Assembly: GCA_963787925.1 (NCBI GenBank) | Contig: CAWBEN010000005.1 | Location: forward strand, 265,651 to 329,650 | DNA from: an uncultured delta proteobacterium | GTDB taxonomy: Bacteria > Myxococcota_A > Polyangia > Polyangiales > Polyangiaceae | DNA length: 64,000 bases | Reading direction: 5' to 3' | Part shown: piece by piece, positions 44,562 to 54,102 of the stretch | Layout of the letters: each line of letters opens with the position of its first letter | How positions within the stretch are numbered: the stretch's first letter is position 1 | Made by a program: the position numbers and the translations under genes | Notes under the pieces: generated by a model | What the model was told of the DNA's origin: nothing | Database searches by the model: none | What the model saw: the letters and a program-made list of their open reading frames with translations, nothing else

Positions 44562-45755
44562 ATGTCGAAACGTCCGGACGTGCTCGCCCTATGGTCGCGC
44601 CTACCGTTTCCCACCGAGTCGGCCACTGAGGCGACGACCGACGCGCCTGCAATGCGTTCGGCACGCAGGGACAGAGTGGTCATCGCCGTCGCTCGCACGA
44701 TGCAACGGACGGCGGCACGGAGCGCTCGACGAGCGCGGGTTTTGACGCGCCTCGGCGTAGGCGCTGCGATGGCGGCGGCATTGGCCATGGGAATCGCGTT
44801 CTGGCGAACGAGAGCGGCGGCCGAACCGGTCGTCGCGCGCCTATACACGCTGTTCGGAGCGTCGCACGCGCTCGTCGACGGTCGCGAGATCGTGCCCCCT
44901 TCGGACTCGGCGGCGTTGTCCCTTGCCTCCAGGTCCCAGGTCGCCACCGAGCAGGCAAGCTCGTCGCGGTTGCAGCTCGTGAGCGGAGTCGAAATCGCAG
45001 TGGGACCGGAGACGCGACTCACGCTGCCGGACGCGAAGGCCCCCTCGAGCATGCGTGAAGAGGTGACGCTCGAGCTTGGCTTCGTTCGAGTGCAAGTTCC
45101 CAAGCTCCCGCGCGGGCATTTCTTTTCAATCCGAACTCCCAACACGCTGGTATCGGTTCACGGGACGGCGTTTACCGTCGAAGTGACGAAGTCCGGACCT
45201 TCCGGCGCGGCGAGCACCAGGGTGATCGTGACCGACGGAGTCGTAGCCGTGCAGCAGGCCGAGCGTGAAATCTTGTTGGACGCTGGGACGGAGTGGGCCT
45301 CTTCGATCGAAAATTCGGCCGACCTTCCGCTGGGACCGCGGACCGCCACCGTCACCCGATCGCGATCGGCCGGCTCCCCGGGAGCGATGCCTCAGAAGGC
45401 CGATCGAGAAGCGGCGAACGCCATGCCATTCGCGCCCGACGCAGTCACGACTCGCGACGACGGCGCGACTCCCACCGACCTGGCGAATCAGAATCGCCTC
45501 TTCTCGGAAGCGATGCATGCGCGCGATCAAGGCGATCGCGCTGGCGCCGTTCGGCTACTGGACGAGTTCATCCGCCGCTATCCGGGAGCGCCATTGATGC
45601 AGGACGCCCACGTGGAGCGGTTTCGCGTGCTAGCCCAAATGGGCGCACGCGCCGCCGCGGTCCGGGCGGCGCGGGCTTATTTGGCTCGCTATCGCAACGG
45701 TTTTGCGCAAGACGAAGCGCGGGCCTTGGCCCTGGACGCGCCGCCTGATCCTTGA
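44562..45755 (+). CDS. Anti-sigma factor-like membrane protein with FecR domain and C-terminal TPR-like region
   Basis: ORF 44517..45755; ATG 44562 lies 5 nt after the sigma stop. One TM (LGVGAAMAAALAMGIAFW). FecR-type motif FSIRTPNTLVSVHGTAFTVEV. Confidence 0.7.
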   Translation: MSKRPDVLALWSRLPFPTESATEATTDAPAMRSARRDRVVIAVARTMQRTAARSARRARVLTRLGVGAAMAAALAMGIAFWRTRAAAEPVVARLYTLFGASHALVDGREIVPPSDSAALSLASRSQVATEQASSSRLQLVSGVEIAVGPETRLTLPDAKAPSSMREEVTLELGFVRVQVPKLPRGHFFSIRTPNTLVSVHGTAFTVEVTKSGPSGAASTRVIVTDGVVAVQQAEREILLDAGTEWASSIENSADLPLGPRTATVTRSRSAGSPGAMPQKADREAANAMPFAPDAVTTRDDGATPTDLANQNRLFSEAMHARDQGDRAGAVRLLDEFIRRYPGAPLMQDAHVERFRVLAQMGARAAAVRAARAYLARYRNGFAQDEARALALDAPPDP

Positions 45756-45983
45756 CGCCCGACGACGAGTCGAACACCTCGAAGAGCCGATTAGGTTAGA
45801 AGAGGTGCTTCTGTCTGCCGCGCCCAGGCGACTCGAGGCTAGCGTCTCAATTGCGCCTCGCACACCTATGGATGCCTGACTGAAAGAGCATCGGTTACTC
45901 ATCAAACCGGATCGCACCGGTGGACGTTCCAGAGTCGCTGCAATCTTAAACGGGTGAAAACCCAGCAAAGAGTGAGGCTTTTC

Positions 45984-46709
45984 ATGAAAACCGCAATCGG
46001 GTTCTACGTCGTTTCCGTCGGCGTGGCGTTCGCCACGGCTTGCGGAGGAAATTCGACCACCGTGGCCACAGGCACCGACGGCGGCAGCAGCAGCGGAAGC
46101 GCCAGCGGGAGCGGAAACAACGGGAGCGGGGTGGGCACCGGCGGCTCCGGGGCGAGCGGCGGCAGCACCAGCGGCGCAGGCGCGAGCGGCGCCGACAATA
46201 CGGCTGGAGACGGCGGGCCGATGACGGCCGTGGGCGACTGCCCGAGCTGCCCAGGGAATCAAGTGTGCTGCTTGGCGCAATCCGGTGGCCAAGTGCTGGG
46301 CACCTGCGCCGTGAATGCGGCGGCGTGCCCGGGTGGAGCGTCCCCCCTTCCGTGCGCTGCAGCAGGCGATTGCAACGGCGGCCTCATGTGCTGCGTCACC
46401 GTGGGAAACGCGAATACGCCCTCGAGCACTCAGTGCGCGGCTTCGTGTCCGACCGGCAGCCCGCCGGCCTGCGGCGGGTCGCCATCCGACAACTCCGATT
46501 GCCCGGGAGGTGGGGCCGGCTGGACTTGTGAAACCGTTGCTGGCACGCCATCGGCGGTGCTTGGAATCTGCGTCGCCGCTCCGATTCCGGACGCGGGCAG
46601 CGGCACGGTGGACTCTGGCCCGGCGACCGTCGACGCTGGCAGCGGAGCGGTAGACGCGGCGCCAGCGAGCGAGGCCGGTCCGGTACAAGACGCGGCGAGC
46701 GGTGGCTGA
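45984..46709 (+). CDS. Gly/Ser-linker, Cys-rich (CC-motif) lipoprotein, family member 1
   Basis: ORF 45954..46709. ATG 45984 gives MKTAIGFYVVSVGVAFATAC. Motifs GNQVCCLAQSGG and GGLMCCVTVGN. Confidence 0.6.
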   Translation: MKTAIGFYVVSVGVAFATACGGNSTTVATGTDGGSSSGSASGSGNNGSGVGTGGSGASGGSTSGAGASGADNTAGDGGPMTAVGDCPSCPGNQVCCLAQSGGQVLGTCAVNAAACPGGASPLPCAAAGDCNGGLMCCVTVGNANTPSSTQCAASCPTGSPPACGGSPSDNSDCPGGGAGWTCETVAGTPSAVLGICVAAPIPDAGSGTVDSGPATVDAGSGAVDAAPASEAGPVQDAASGG

Positions 46710-46836
46710 TCGCTCGCTGGCCGGGTTGGCTTTCGAGCTGCGCAGCCTAACGGCTTCACAACTCGAAAAGAAGAAGGCGGCTTCCCGCAGGGCGACGTAA
46801 AGATACTTTCGTAGATACCTCGAGGAGGCCTTCGCG

Positions 46837-47559
46837 ATGAGACGTTCTAACGGTTGGGCGGCAACGGGCCTGGTGCTCGTCTCTCAGGTGCTCCTTTTTG
46901 GTTGCGGAGCGCGAACGACTCTCGACGTGGGTTCGGAGCCGCTCCTCGCAGAAGGCGGTCTCGGCTCCGGTTCCGGAGCGGCGGTTGGCGGCTCCGGAGC
47001 TGCGGCGGGCGGCTCCGGGACGCCGAGCGGCTCCGGCGCTGGCGTCCGCGGTTCGAGCGGCACGCCGGCCTCCGGTGGTTCGATCGCGTCGAGCGGCGCC
47101 CCGGCGGCCAGTGGCTCCAGCGGGGCTACCGGGTCCAGCGGCACGCCGGCCTCGAGCGGCGCGGCAGCTACCGGGTCGAGCGGCGCACCGGCCAATCCCA
47201 ACCTGATTGCCTGCGGAAGAACCACGTGCGATCCGGATACGCAAGATTGCTGCGTTCGCGCTGGCAACGTTCCCGCTTGCGCGCCCGCCGGGAGATGCCC
47301 CGGGGGCGGAGGCACGGTGGTGGTCTCGTGCTCTAGCGCGGGAACGTGCGATACGGGAGAGGTCTGTTGCCTCATCCAAGGCGCCGCCAACTGCGCGACC
47401 TCCTGCGGCGCAAGGCGGGGAGGCGGGACCGCCGTTCAGCTATGTGCCTCCAGCCAGGAGTGCGCAGCCGGCCAGACGTGCGCGGCCGGCGCAATGGGGC
47501 TGATGGTCTGTACCGGCGGCGCCCCAGCGCGGGGCGCGGGAGCTGGCGCGGGCGGCTGA
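46837..47559 (+). CDS. Gly/Ser-linker, Cys-rich (CC-motif) lipoprotein, family member 2
   Basis: 240 aa. GAGGAGG RBS. Signal LVLVSQVLLFGC. Motifs DTQDCCVRAGN and TGEVCCLIQGAANC. Confidence 0.6.
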   Translation: MRRSNGWAATGLVLVSQVLLFGCGARTTLDVGSEPLLAEGGLGSGSGAAVGGSGAAAGGSGTPSGSGAGVRGSSGTPASGGSIASSGAPAASGSSGATGSSGTPASSGAAATGSSGAPANPNLIACGRTTCDPDTQDCCVRAGNVPACAPAGRCPGGGGTVVVSCSSAGTCDTGEVCCLIQGAANCATSCGARRGGGTAVQLCASSQECAAGQTCAAGAMGLMVCTGGAPARGAGAGAGG

Positions 47560-47801
47560 TTCGCGGCGTGGAGTCCTTCTGAGGATTCGATGGGGTGGGT
47601 TTCCGCCGTCAGGTCGTGGTGCCACTTGTCTGCCGAGGTGCGGCGTTTGGGCAAGCGGCAACAGGCTCAGTGCATTTTTGTTTGAAGCGATATGACGCAA
47701 AAAAACAATGCATCGGGGCTGCCTGCTGCTTCGGCGGACGGTTACTAGGTCGACAAGAGGCGCGTGTGCGGGCGTCTCTGCCGCATGCCCTCGGAGGACA
47801 A

Positions 47802-48800
47802 ATGAAGACCTTTGGACGATTACTGAGCCCGGTTCCGGTCGTTGGGCTTCTCGCGGCGATGACCTCCTGCGGTACGGAGGTGCCCAGCAATGGGTTCGGC
47901 ACGCCCGACTCCGGGCTGTCCGGCCCGCAAGGCAATTCGAGCTCTGGCTCCGGTGGCAGCAGCGGCAGTGGCGGCACGAGTCCCAGCACTGGCGGCGGCA
48001 GCGGGGGCCTCACCGGCAGCTTCGGTGACGGCGGGAGCGCGCCTCCCGTCGGAACGGGCGTCTCCCAGCAATGCTTCGGTCTCGGCAGCACCCTCCTTTG
48101 CTGCGGAACTGGGAAGCAGACCTGCACGGGTTCAGGGGAGTTTCTCTCCTGGGGTCCCTGTCTCGACCAGGGCGGAGCGGTGCTCACGTGCAGCGGCTGC
48201 GTTGCCAATGAGAACGGTGCCGGCTGCGACGCGGGTGTGGACGCGGCGCCTCCGCACGACGCAGGGCCTCCGCCGCCTCCGCCGGCCATCTGCAAAGACA
48301 AGGCAATCAGCACGGAGCCGGAGATCCTCGTCGGCTATTCGCCGGCCCTCGGCCAAACGGTGGGCTCGACGGGCCAGATCAAGGTCTGGGTCAACGACGA
48401 GAATCCTCCGTTCATAGCGCCGGGCGAAATGGTCGATCCCGTCACGGGTAAAATCACGGCTCCGGGGAATCGAACCGCAAAGGCGCTCGACGGACTTCTC
48501 TGGGAGCCCGCTTTGTATATCGCTCCGGAGACGCCTCAAAACGGTGGTACTCCCCACTTTCCGCAGTGGATCAAGGGGTGGTACGACAACAATCCACCGA
48601 CAGGATCGACCGGGAAACAAATTCCCGGGATGGACCCGGTTCCGCCGGGAATCAAGCTTCAAGAGAAGTGGACCGCCGAGGAAATCTGGGATGTGGCCGC
48701 GCTCGGCCTCCCCCCTGGCACGTACACTGCGGTGTTCGTGATTCACGACGGTGACGACGATCGCGCGATCGGCTGCGTGACAATCGTCATTACGCCCTGA
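47802..48800 (+). CDS. Lipoprotein with Gly/Ser linker, short Cys-rich module and ~180-aa C-terminal domain of unknown function
   Basis: ORF 47595..48800. ATG 47802 is preceded by GGAGGA and gives MKTFGRLLSPVPVVGLLAAMTSC. Motif GSTLLCCGTGKQTC, a PPPPPP hinge and C-terminus ...GTYTAVFVIHDGDDDRAIGCVTIVITP. Confidence 0.6.
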   Translation: MKTFGRLLSPVPVVGLLAAMTSCGTEVPSNGFGTPDSGLSGPQGNSSSGSGGSSGSGGTSPSTGGGSGGLTGSFGDGGSAPPVGTGVSQQCFGLGSTLLCCGTGKQTCTGSGEFLSWGPCLDQGGAVLTCSGCVANENGAGCDAGVDAAPPHDAGPPPPPPAICKDKAISTEPEILVGYSPALGQTVGSTGQIKVWVNDENPPFIAPGEMVDPVTGKITAPGNRTAKALDGLLWEPALYIAPETPQNGGTPHFPQWIKGWYDNNPPTGSTGKQIPGMDPVPPGIKLQEKWTAEEIWDVAALGLPPGTYTAVFVIHDGDDDRAIGCVTIVITP

Positions 48801-48820
48801 AGCGGGTCGCCTGACTGCGT

Positions 48821-48859
48821 CCCCGTCGGTCGAGCGGCGCCGCCGCATGATCGACGGGG
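48821..48859. terminator. Possible hairpin after the lipoprotein gene (8-bp stem ccccgtcg/cgacgggg, 23-nt loop)
   Basis: Read directly. Long loop and no U-tract, so weak. Confidence 0.2.
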
Positions 48860-48974
48860 TCCGCGGCCTCCGCGCCAGCGTCGAAGCTGCCGTGGGGGCC
48901 CGTCCGCTTGAGGAGAGAGATCCCGGGCGCGACCCTTGCGGTTCGCGTGGGAACGCGTCAAAAGCCTCTCCACG

Positions 48975-49937
48975 ATGCACGCCGGTCAGCCGATCGCAGA
49001 GGCGCTTCACGGTCAGCTGGCGCCGCTCGCGAAGGCGCTGAGAAAGAAGCTCCGAAAGGCCGCGGGAGGCAAACCCAAGGCAGTCCACGACGCGCGCATC
49101 ATCCTTCGACGCCTACAAGAGGGGCTGACGGTCATGGGGCGCACGACCGGCCGCGGGGGAACGGCATTTGCCGTGGCCGATTCACTTCGCTCGATCGAAC
49201 GCCGGCTCGGCCCCACTCGAGACGACAGCGTCCTCTTGGAGCAGATCGCGGGGTGGCTCACTCGAGCAGGAGCGGACCGAGCGGAGACCGTGCAGCCCAT
49301 GGTCGAATGGCTGAACGGCGAGCGCCGCCGGCATGCACGATCGATGGCTGTTGAGCTCCGCCGCCGAAGAACGAGGCGGGTGTTGCGGCGGCTGGACCGC
49401 TGGTTGAGCAACCGTCTTCGGCATGCCGCCGAGGTCCGGCCGAGCCCGGCCAAGGCCGCTCCTTTTCTAGTGCGCCATTTCATACCGGAGGAGACATGGC
49501 ACGCTTACGGAAGGATTCTCGCCTTCGAGTTGCGCCCGCTCACCGGCGTCGACGTGATCCACAAGGTGCGATCCGCCTGCCGGCGCTTGCGCTATGTGCT
49601 CGAGCTTTTCCAAAGCGCTCTCCCATCCGCCGCCGCGGCGGCGATCATTGCGTCGCTTCAAAGGCTGCAAGACCGGCTGGGTGACTTGCACGATCACGCG
49701 GTGGCCGTCGACCGCTTAGAGATGGCGGTTCACTCGGCAAAGTTCCCCGACAGCGTGCCGCTGCAGGAGTACCTGGCGCATCGCAGACAACTCCGCGACC
49801 AAATGGTCGCGGAGTTCCAGGAAGAGTGGAGATTGCTCCGCGGCGAGGCGTTTCGGTTCGCGTTATCGCACCTCGTGTCCGGTGAGGGAACGGAGGGGGC
49901 GGTCGCGCTCGTTCCTGCCACCCGAACGGCCGCCTAG
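48975..49937 (+). CDS. CHAD domain protein
   Basis: ORF 48936..49937. VHDARIILRRLQ, IHKVRSACRRLRYVLELF and LQDRLGDLHDHAV are the conserved-histidine helical repeats of CHAD. Confidence 0.75.
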   Translation: MHAGQPIAEALHGQLAPLAKALRKKLRKAAGGKPKAVHDARIILRRLQEGLTVMGRTTGRGGTAFAVADSLRSIERRLGPTRDDSVLLEQIAGWLTRAGADRAETVQPMVEWLNGERRRHARSMAVELRRRRTRRVLRRLDRWLSNRLRHAAEVRPSPAKAAPFLVRHFIPEETWHAYGRILAFELRPLTGVDVIHKVRSACRRLRYVLELFQSALPSAAAAAIIASLQRLQDRLGDLHDHAVAVDRLEMAVHSAKFPDSVPLQEYLAHRRQLRDQMVAEFQEEWRLLRGEAFRFALSHLVSGEGTEGAVALVPATRTAA

Positions 49938-49979
49938 CCGGGCGGCCACCTGCAGAGGGCGCCAAGCCTGGCGGTGGGC

Positions 49980-50693
49980 TCAGTCTCCTCGGACGCTGTC
50001 GGGAGCGAACTGCACGCCGAATTCAGAGGTGATTTCGTTCATGCCCTCAGGCGGCGCCGCGAAATAGACGGTCATCATCGACTCGCTCAGGCACTGCTGA
50101 AAGGCCGGATCGTCGAGCTCGCTCGACCGGTCGATTTCTGCCGAGTCCACGACCGCACCCACCCGCCGATCGCCGACGATCTTGAATCGAACCGTCACCT
50201 TGCCGCGCAGCTTCGGCGAGCCCACGAGCGCGTTCTCGTAGCACTGCGTCGCCAGTGGGATGAAGTCCTCGTGGATCCGTTCGGCGATGTACTTGCCTAG
50301 GCCCGCGTCGGCCTGATTGCCTCCGCCGATCTCGGGGTCTGGCATCGTCGCCTTTTCGCGCGTCTCCGTGGTGCCCGGCCTGGTTTCGCGCCACGCCGCG
50401 CCGGGCCCCGCGTCGAACATCGTCTGAAGAATTCGGCGCATCTCGGCGGTGCGTCGCGCGTCGGTCGCCGGGGCGCGGCCGAGGGTGAGACCGCTGCCCG
50501 AAGTTGCCATCGTGGCCGTTTGGTCGCTCGAAATCGGCACCGACGACGGGGCGCTCGTGGGCGCGCCAAACGCATCCTCCGTGCCAGGGCCTTCCCGTGC
50601 GGTCGGGAACGGACTTGCATGCCGCCACGCCCAACGGATCAACAAACCGACGAGCAGCACCACCACCGCGGCGACCGCAACCCACTTCCTCAC
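49980..50693 (-). CDS. Membrane-anchored protein with AgmX/PglI-type (TonB_C-like) C-terminal domain
   Basis: 237 aa. N-terminal TM WVAVAAVVVLLVGLLI. C-terminus ...ATQCYENALVGSPKLRGKVTVRFKIVGDRRVGAVV...DPAFQQCLSESMMTVYFAAPPEG. Confidence 0.65.
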   Translation of the reverse strand: MRKWVAVAAVVVLLVGLLIRWAWRHASPFPTAREGPGTEDAFGAPTSAPSSVPISSDQTATMATSGSGLTLGRAPATDARRTAEMRRILQTMFDAGPGAAWRETRPGTTETREKATMPDPEIGGGNQADAGLGKYIAERIHEDFIPLATQCYENALVGSPKLRGKVTVRFKIVGDRRVGAVVDSAEIDRSSELDDPAFQQCLSESMMTVYFAAPPEGMNEITSEFGVQFAPDSVRGD

Positions 50694-50760
50694 GTGCCCT
50701 CCACGATCAGCGCGCGCTGGCGATGATGGGCTCGGCCCGCGTCCCGCGCAACGGCGGCGG

Positions 50761-51282
50761 TCAGAAGTCGAACGACGGCGCGTCCGAAGTGCTCGCCTCG
50801 GGCGGCCCGGGGAGCGGCGCGCCCGTGCCGGCGTCGCGCGTCGCGGGCGCGCTGGAGGCGGTGACGCCTGCTTCGGTCACCATGCTCACGAGAATGCATC
50901 GGCGGCTCACTCGCTCGCAGAGCGCCAGGTCTCCCGAGACGCAGTTCGGAAGCGCACACTGATAGCAGCCGACGCTTTGGCCTGGGATTGTCAGCACGGC
51001 CTGCTCGGCCTCTGCGCGATAATTGGGATTCACCGCAAAATCGCAGGAGAGCACACCCGTGCAGTCCTTCGGATTGCCGAAGACCTTGATACACGCCTCG
51101 GGGTCGTCCGGATTGCACGCGTCCCAAGTCCGCTTGGCAGCGTAAGTATCGTTGCGCACCTTGGCGCACGACGGGCTGTCGCCGCAAGCTGTCAGGGGCA
51201 CTCCCACGGCGAATGAGGAGCACAGGACCAGCCCCCCGATCGTCACCAAGACTCCACTGCGTGCCGCGCGTATCAGGTTCAT
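50761..51282 (-). CDS. Cys-rich hypothetical lipoprotein
   Basis: 173 aa. Signal ...FAVGVPLTAC, about 12 Cys and an acidic/Pro-rich tail. Confidence 0.5.
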   Translation of the reverse strand: MNLIRAARSGVLVTIGGLVLCSSFAVGVPLTACGDSPSCAKVRNDTYAAKRTWDACNPDDPEACIKVFGNPKDCTGVLSCDFAVNPNYRAEAEQAVLTIPGQSVGCYQCALPNCVSGDLALCERVSRRCILVSMVTEAGVTASSAPATRDAGTGAPLPGPPEASTSDAPSFDF

Positions 51283-51327
51283 GACTCTTCCAACCCCCGC
51301 GAGAAATCGCCAAGTCCGCGCCGGCCG

Positions 51328-52392
51328 TCAGTGCACACGGGCGGCCTTCGCGCGCAAGATGCGTGCTGCTTCCCTAAAGCCTTGCTCGTTCGGGTGAGCG
51401 ATGGCGAGAGAGTCGTACTCTCGCGCGGCATCCTCGAAGTAACCGTGCGCCACCATTTCGAGCGCTTCTCGCTCGGGCGTGCGCGCGCCGTCTCGGACGA
51501 GGGCGTTGCGAGGCTCTGACTTCGCGGTTGGGGGCGCAGGGCCCGTTGCAAGGGCGGTCCCTTGGCCGTCCGATCCCTGCGCCGCGGAGACGTCGAGCGC
51601 CGCGCCCGGTCTGCCCGCTGCGCCGATCGCCGACGTCGACGCCGAGCCGCCAGTCGCTACTGGATGCGAGGAAGCTCCCACCGGCTTCGCCCCTGACTTC
51701 GGAAGGGGGCGGTCGTCGCCCTGGAAGACGAAATAGCCGAAAATGAGAGCAAACGGCGTGAGTAATAGCGTGACCTTCTTTACCGTCGAGGCCGACTTCC
51801 AGTAGCTCTTGGCCTCCGCGGCGCTCCCCGGGCTGTCGTCGTAACGCGCGGGCTTCGAAGGGGAGGAGGGCAGCGGAGCCGCTCCCGCCGGAGGAGCGCC
51901 GGGCCGCTGAGCGATCAACATCGTCGAGCCGAAGTCGCCGGGTGGCCCGGGTGGCGGGCTCGATAGAGACGCCTCCTTGGCCGCGTGAACGGCTCGCTGC
52001 GCGGCTTGCCAGAGCGCGCCGCCGTCGGAAAGCGTGGTCGGGAAGCCGGCCGGGTTTTCCGGTGCCGTGCTGAGCGGCGCTCTGCGGATCCGTAGGTAGG
52101 CGTCGCCGAAGCGGACCTCGCACGGGACCGGGGCCACCACCCACGCTCCGCCGATTCGGTCGCCAGCGAGAAGAACCGGCAAGTGCGACGATGCCGCGAC
52201 CACAAGGACGCTTTGTCCGTCGAAGCCCAGAAAGAGGTGCACGGAACCGACGCCATTGCCGACCACGCACCATTGCCCGTGCGAGCCCACCGAGAATGGC
52301 TGCGTCGCGACACCGGGCGAAAAAGCGATCGCGCCGAGCTCGGCTCGCGCACCGAGCACGCGAGCTTCGATGACCTCGCGCTCAGGTGCCAT
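51328..52392 (-). CDS. Hypothetical membrane protein with degenerate FHA-like N-terminal domain
   Basis: 354 aa. FSVGSHGQWCVVGNGVGSVHLFLGFDGQSVLVV...VRFGDAYLRI, a Pro-rich linker, one TM (VTLLLTPFALIFGYFVF) and a C-terminal helical region. Confidence 0.5.
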   Translation of the reverse strand: MAPEREVIEARVLGARAELGAIAFSPGVATQPFSVGSHGQWCVVGNGVGSVHLFLGFDGQSVLVVAASSHLPVLLAGDRIGGAWVVAPVPCEVRFGDAYLRIRRAPLSTAPENPAGFPTTLSDGGALWQAAQRAVHAAKEASLSSPPPGPPGDFGSTMLIAQRPGAPPAGAAPLPSSPSKPARYDDSPGSAAEAKSYWKSASTVKKVTLLLTPFALIFGYFVFQGDDRPLPKSGAKPVGASSHPVATGGSASTSAIGAAGRPGAALDVSAAQGSDGQGTALATGPAPPTAKSEPRNALVRDGARTPEREALEMVAHGYFEDAAREYDSLAIAHPNEQGFREAARILRAKAARVH

Positions 52393-53524
52393 GCGATCGC
52401 GCCCCCGCGGGCCCTGGCCGCTGCGCCAAGGCCAAGAGCTGATCAGGAAGCGTCACCCCGTGCTCGTGCAGCTGCTGCAAGCACGCGGGCGGAACTCCGG
52501 TCGGCCGCAGCTCACTCGAGATGCGGCCGTTTTGGTCGAAGCCCCGGTATTCCCGCGCGAAGAGGTCTTGCAACAGGTAGCGCTGGTCGACGACGTCGAA
52601 CCCCGTCACCTCGGTGACGTGCGTGACCTTGCGCGAGCCGTCCTGAAGCCGCGACACTTGGACGACGAGCTGAACGCCGGAGCCGATTTGCTGACGCATC
52701 GCCTGGAGCGGCATGTCGATGTCGCTCATCATGCACATCGTCTCGAGGCGGGTAAGAGTGTCTCGCGGGTGCGTCGCGTGGAGAGTTCCCATGCAACCGC
52801 CATGGCCGCTCGTCATCGCTTGCACGATGTCGAGCGCCTCGCCTCCCCGGATCTCGCCGACGACGACCCGGTCGGGGCGCATTCGCAGCGTGGCACGGAA
52901 GAGGTCGCGTATGCTCACGGCCCCCTTTCCCTTGGGATCCGCCGGGCGTGCCTCCAGCTGGACGACGTGCGGCTTCTGAAACTGCACCTCGCGGGAGTCC
53001 TCGATGACGACTACGCGTTCCCCGTCGGGGATGAAACCCGAGAGCGCGTTCAGCATCGAAGTCTTGCCGCTCCCCGTGCCGCCGGCGATCATGATGTTCA
53101 GCTTCGAGATCACCATCGCCTGCAGAGCCGCCGCAGCGATGCCGTCGAGCGATCCGAATTGGACGAGCCGCTCGACCGTGAGGGTCTCTTTGAAAAATCT
53201 ACGGATCGACACGTGCGGGCCGTCGGGGGCGACCGGAGGGATGATAGCCTCGACCCGCGAGCCATCGGGGAGGCGACCCTCGAGAATCGGGTGGGCTTCG
53301 TCGACGTGCTTTCCCACGTACTGCGAGAGGTTACGGAGCGCCGAGAGAAGAGCCTCGCGACTGCTGAACTTCGCGGGAACGAGCTCGATCAAGCCTCGGC
53401 GTTCGATGTAGATCCGATCCGGCCCGTTGATCATGATCTCGCTGACCGACGGATCGTCCAGATAAGGTCGCACGGGGGCAAAGAACTGGAGAAGCGTCTC
53501 CTCGAAGACGTTCTTCGGGATCAT
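52382..53524 (-). CDS. cpaF: CpaF/TadA-family secretion ATPase (short form, no FHA)
   Basis: 380 aa. SEIMINGPDRIYIERRG, Walker [31 protein letters not shown] and MGTLHA. Confidence 0.88.
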   Translation of the reverse strand: MIPKNVFEETLLQFFAPVRPYLDDPSVSEIMINGPDRIYIERRGLIELVPAKFSSREALLSALRNLSQYVGKHVDEAHPILEGRLPDGSRVEAIIPPVAPDGPHVSIRRFFKETLTVERLVQFGSLDGIAAAALQAMVISKLNIMIAGGTGSGKTSMLNALSGFIPDGERVVVIEDSREVQFQKPHVVQLEARPADPKGKGAVSIRDLFRATLRMRPDRVVVGEIRGGEALDIVQAMTSGHGGCMGTLHATHPRDTLTRLETMCMMSDIDMPLQAMRQQIGSGVQLVVQVSRLQDGSRKVTHVTEVTGFDVVDQRYLLQDLFAREYRGFDQNGRISSELRPTGVPPACLQQLHEHGVTLPDQLLALAQRPGPAGARSHGT

Positions 53525-54102
53525 CGGCCGCCCTGCAACGACGCGCGCGCCGCCTCCGAGTATTGGCCGTTCGGCCGAAGTCTTATGTACTCGCGCAATT
53601 CGTTGTCCGCGTCGAGCTTTCCGTTCTCTTCTTGGAGCAAGACGGTAGCGAGCGCGTAGTGCGCGTCGGCCATGTCAGGCCGCGCGGCCACGACGCGCTT
53701 CAGTGCTTCACCGGCTCGCTTGAGATTGCCGAGGGCGATGTCGACCGAGGCCAGCGCAAACTCTATTTCCACGTCGCCGGGGTGCTTGCGCAGGAAATCC
53801 TCGCCGTAGCTCGCGGCCGCGGGGTAACGCCCGTCCGTCACGCAGACCACGAGCAGCCGGGTGGTCAACACGCGCTCGTCACCGCCCGCGTCTCGTGCCG
53901 CCACGAAGTACTGCTCGGCGCGCGTCAGATCGCCCACGCGTGCCGCCGCCTCACCTCGCTCCTGCAAACGCGCCGGCGTCGTCTCGCTGCGTATCGACGC
54001 AGCGTCCTTCGCCGCTCGCTCGCGATGCGTTTCGGTGCAGCCGGCGCCAGTCGCGGTCACGAGAAGCGCCAGCGTCCATGCCGCCCGATAGTCACGGTTC
54101 AT
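53521..54102 (-). CDS. TPR-repeat lipoprotein (TadD-like position)
   Basis: ORF 53521..54159. ATG 54102 overlaps the upstream stop (ATGA). Signal ALLVTATGAGC. 3-4 TPR-like repeats (AEQYFVAARDAG; ALGNLKRAGEALKRVV; HYALATVLLQE). Confidence 0.65.
   Translation of the reverse strand: MNRDYRAAWTLALLVTATGAGCTETHRERAAKDAASIRSETTPARLQERGEAAARVGDLTRAEQYFVAARDAGGDERVLTTRLLVVCVTDGRYPAAASYGEDFLRKHPGDVEIEFALASVDIALGNLKRAGEALKRVVAARPDMADAHYALATVLLQEENGKLDADNELREYIRLRPNGQYSEAARASLQGGR

Noticed and set aside
46940-47200. Repetitive ggctccgg / agcggcacgccggcctc units, considered as a CRISPR-like or satellite array
   Set aside because: The repeats are imperfect and in-frame. They simply encode the Gly/Ser/Ala linker of a lipoprotein. 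There is no repeat-spacer periodicity.
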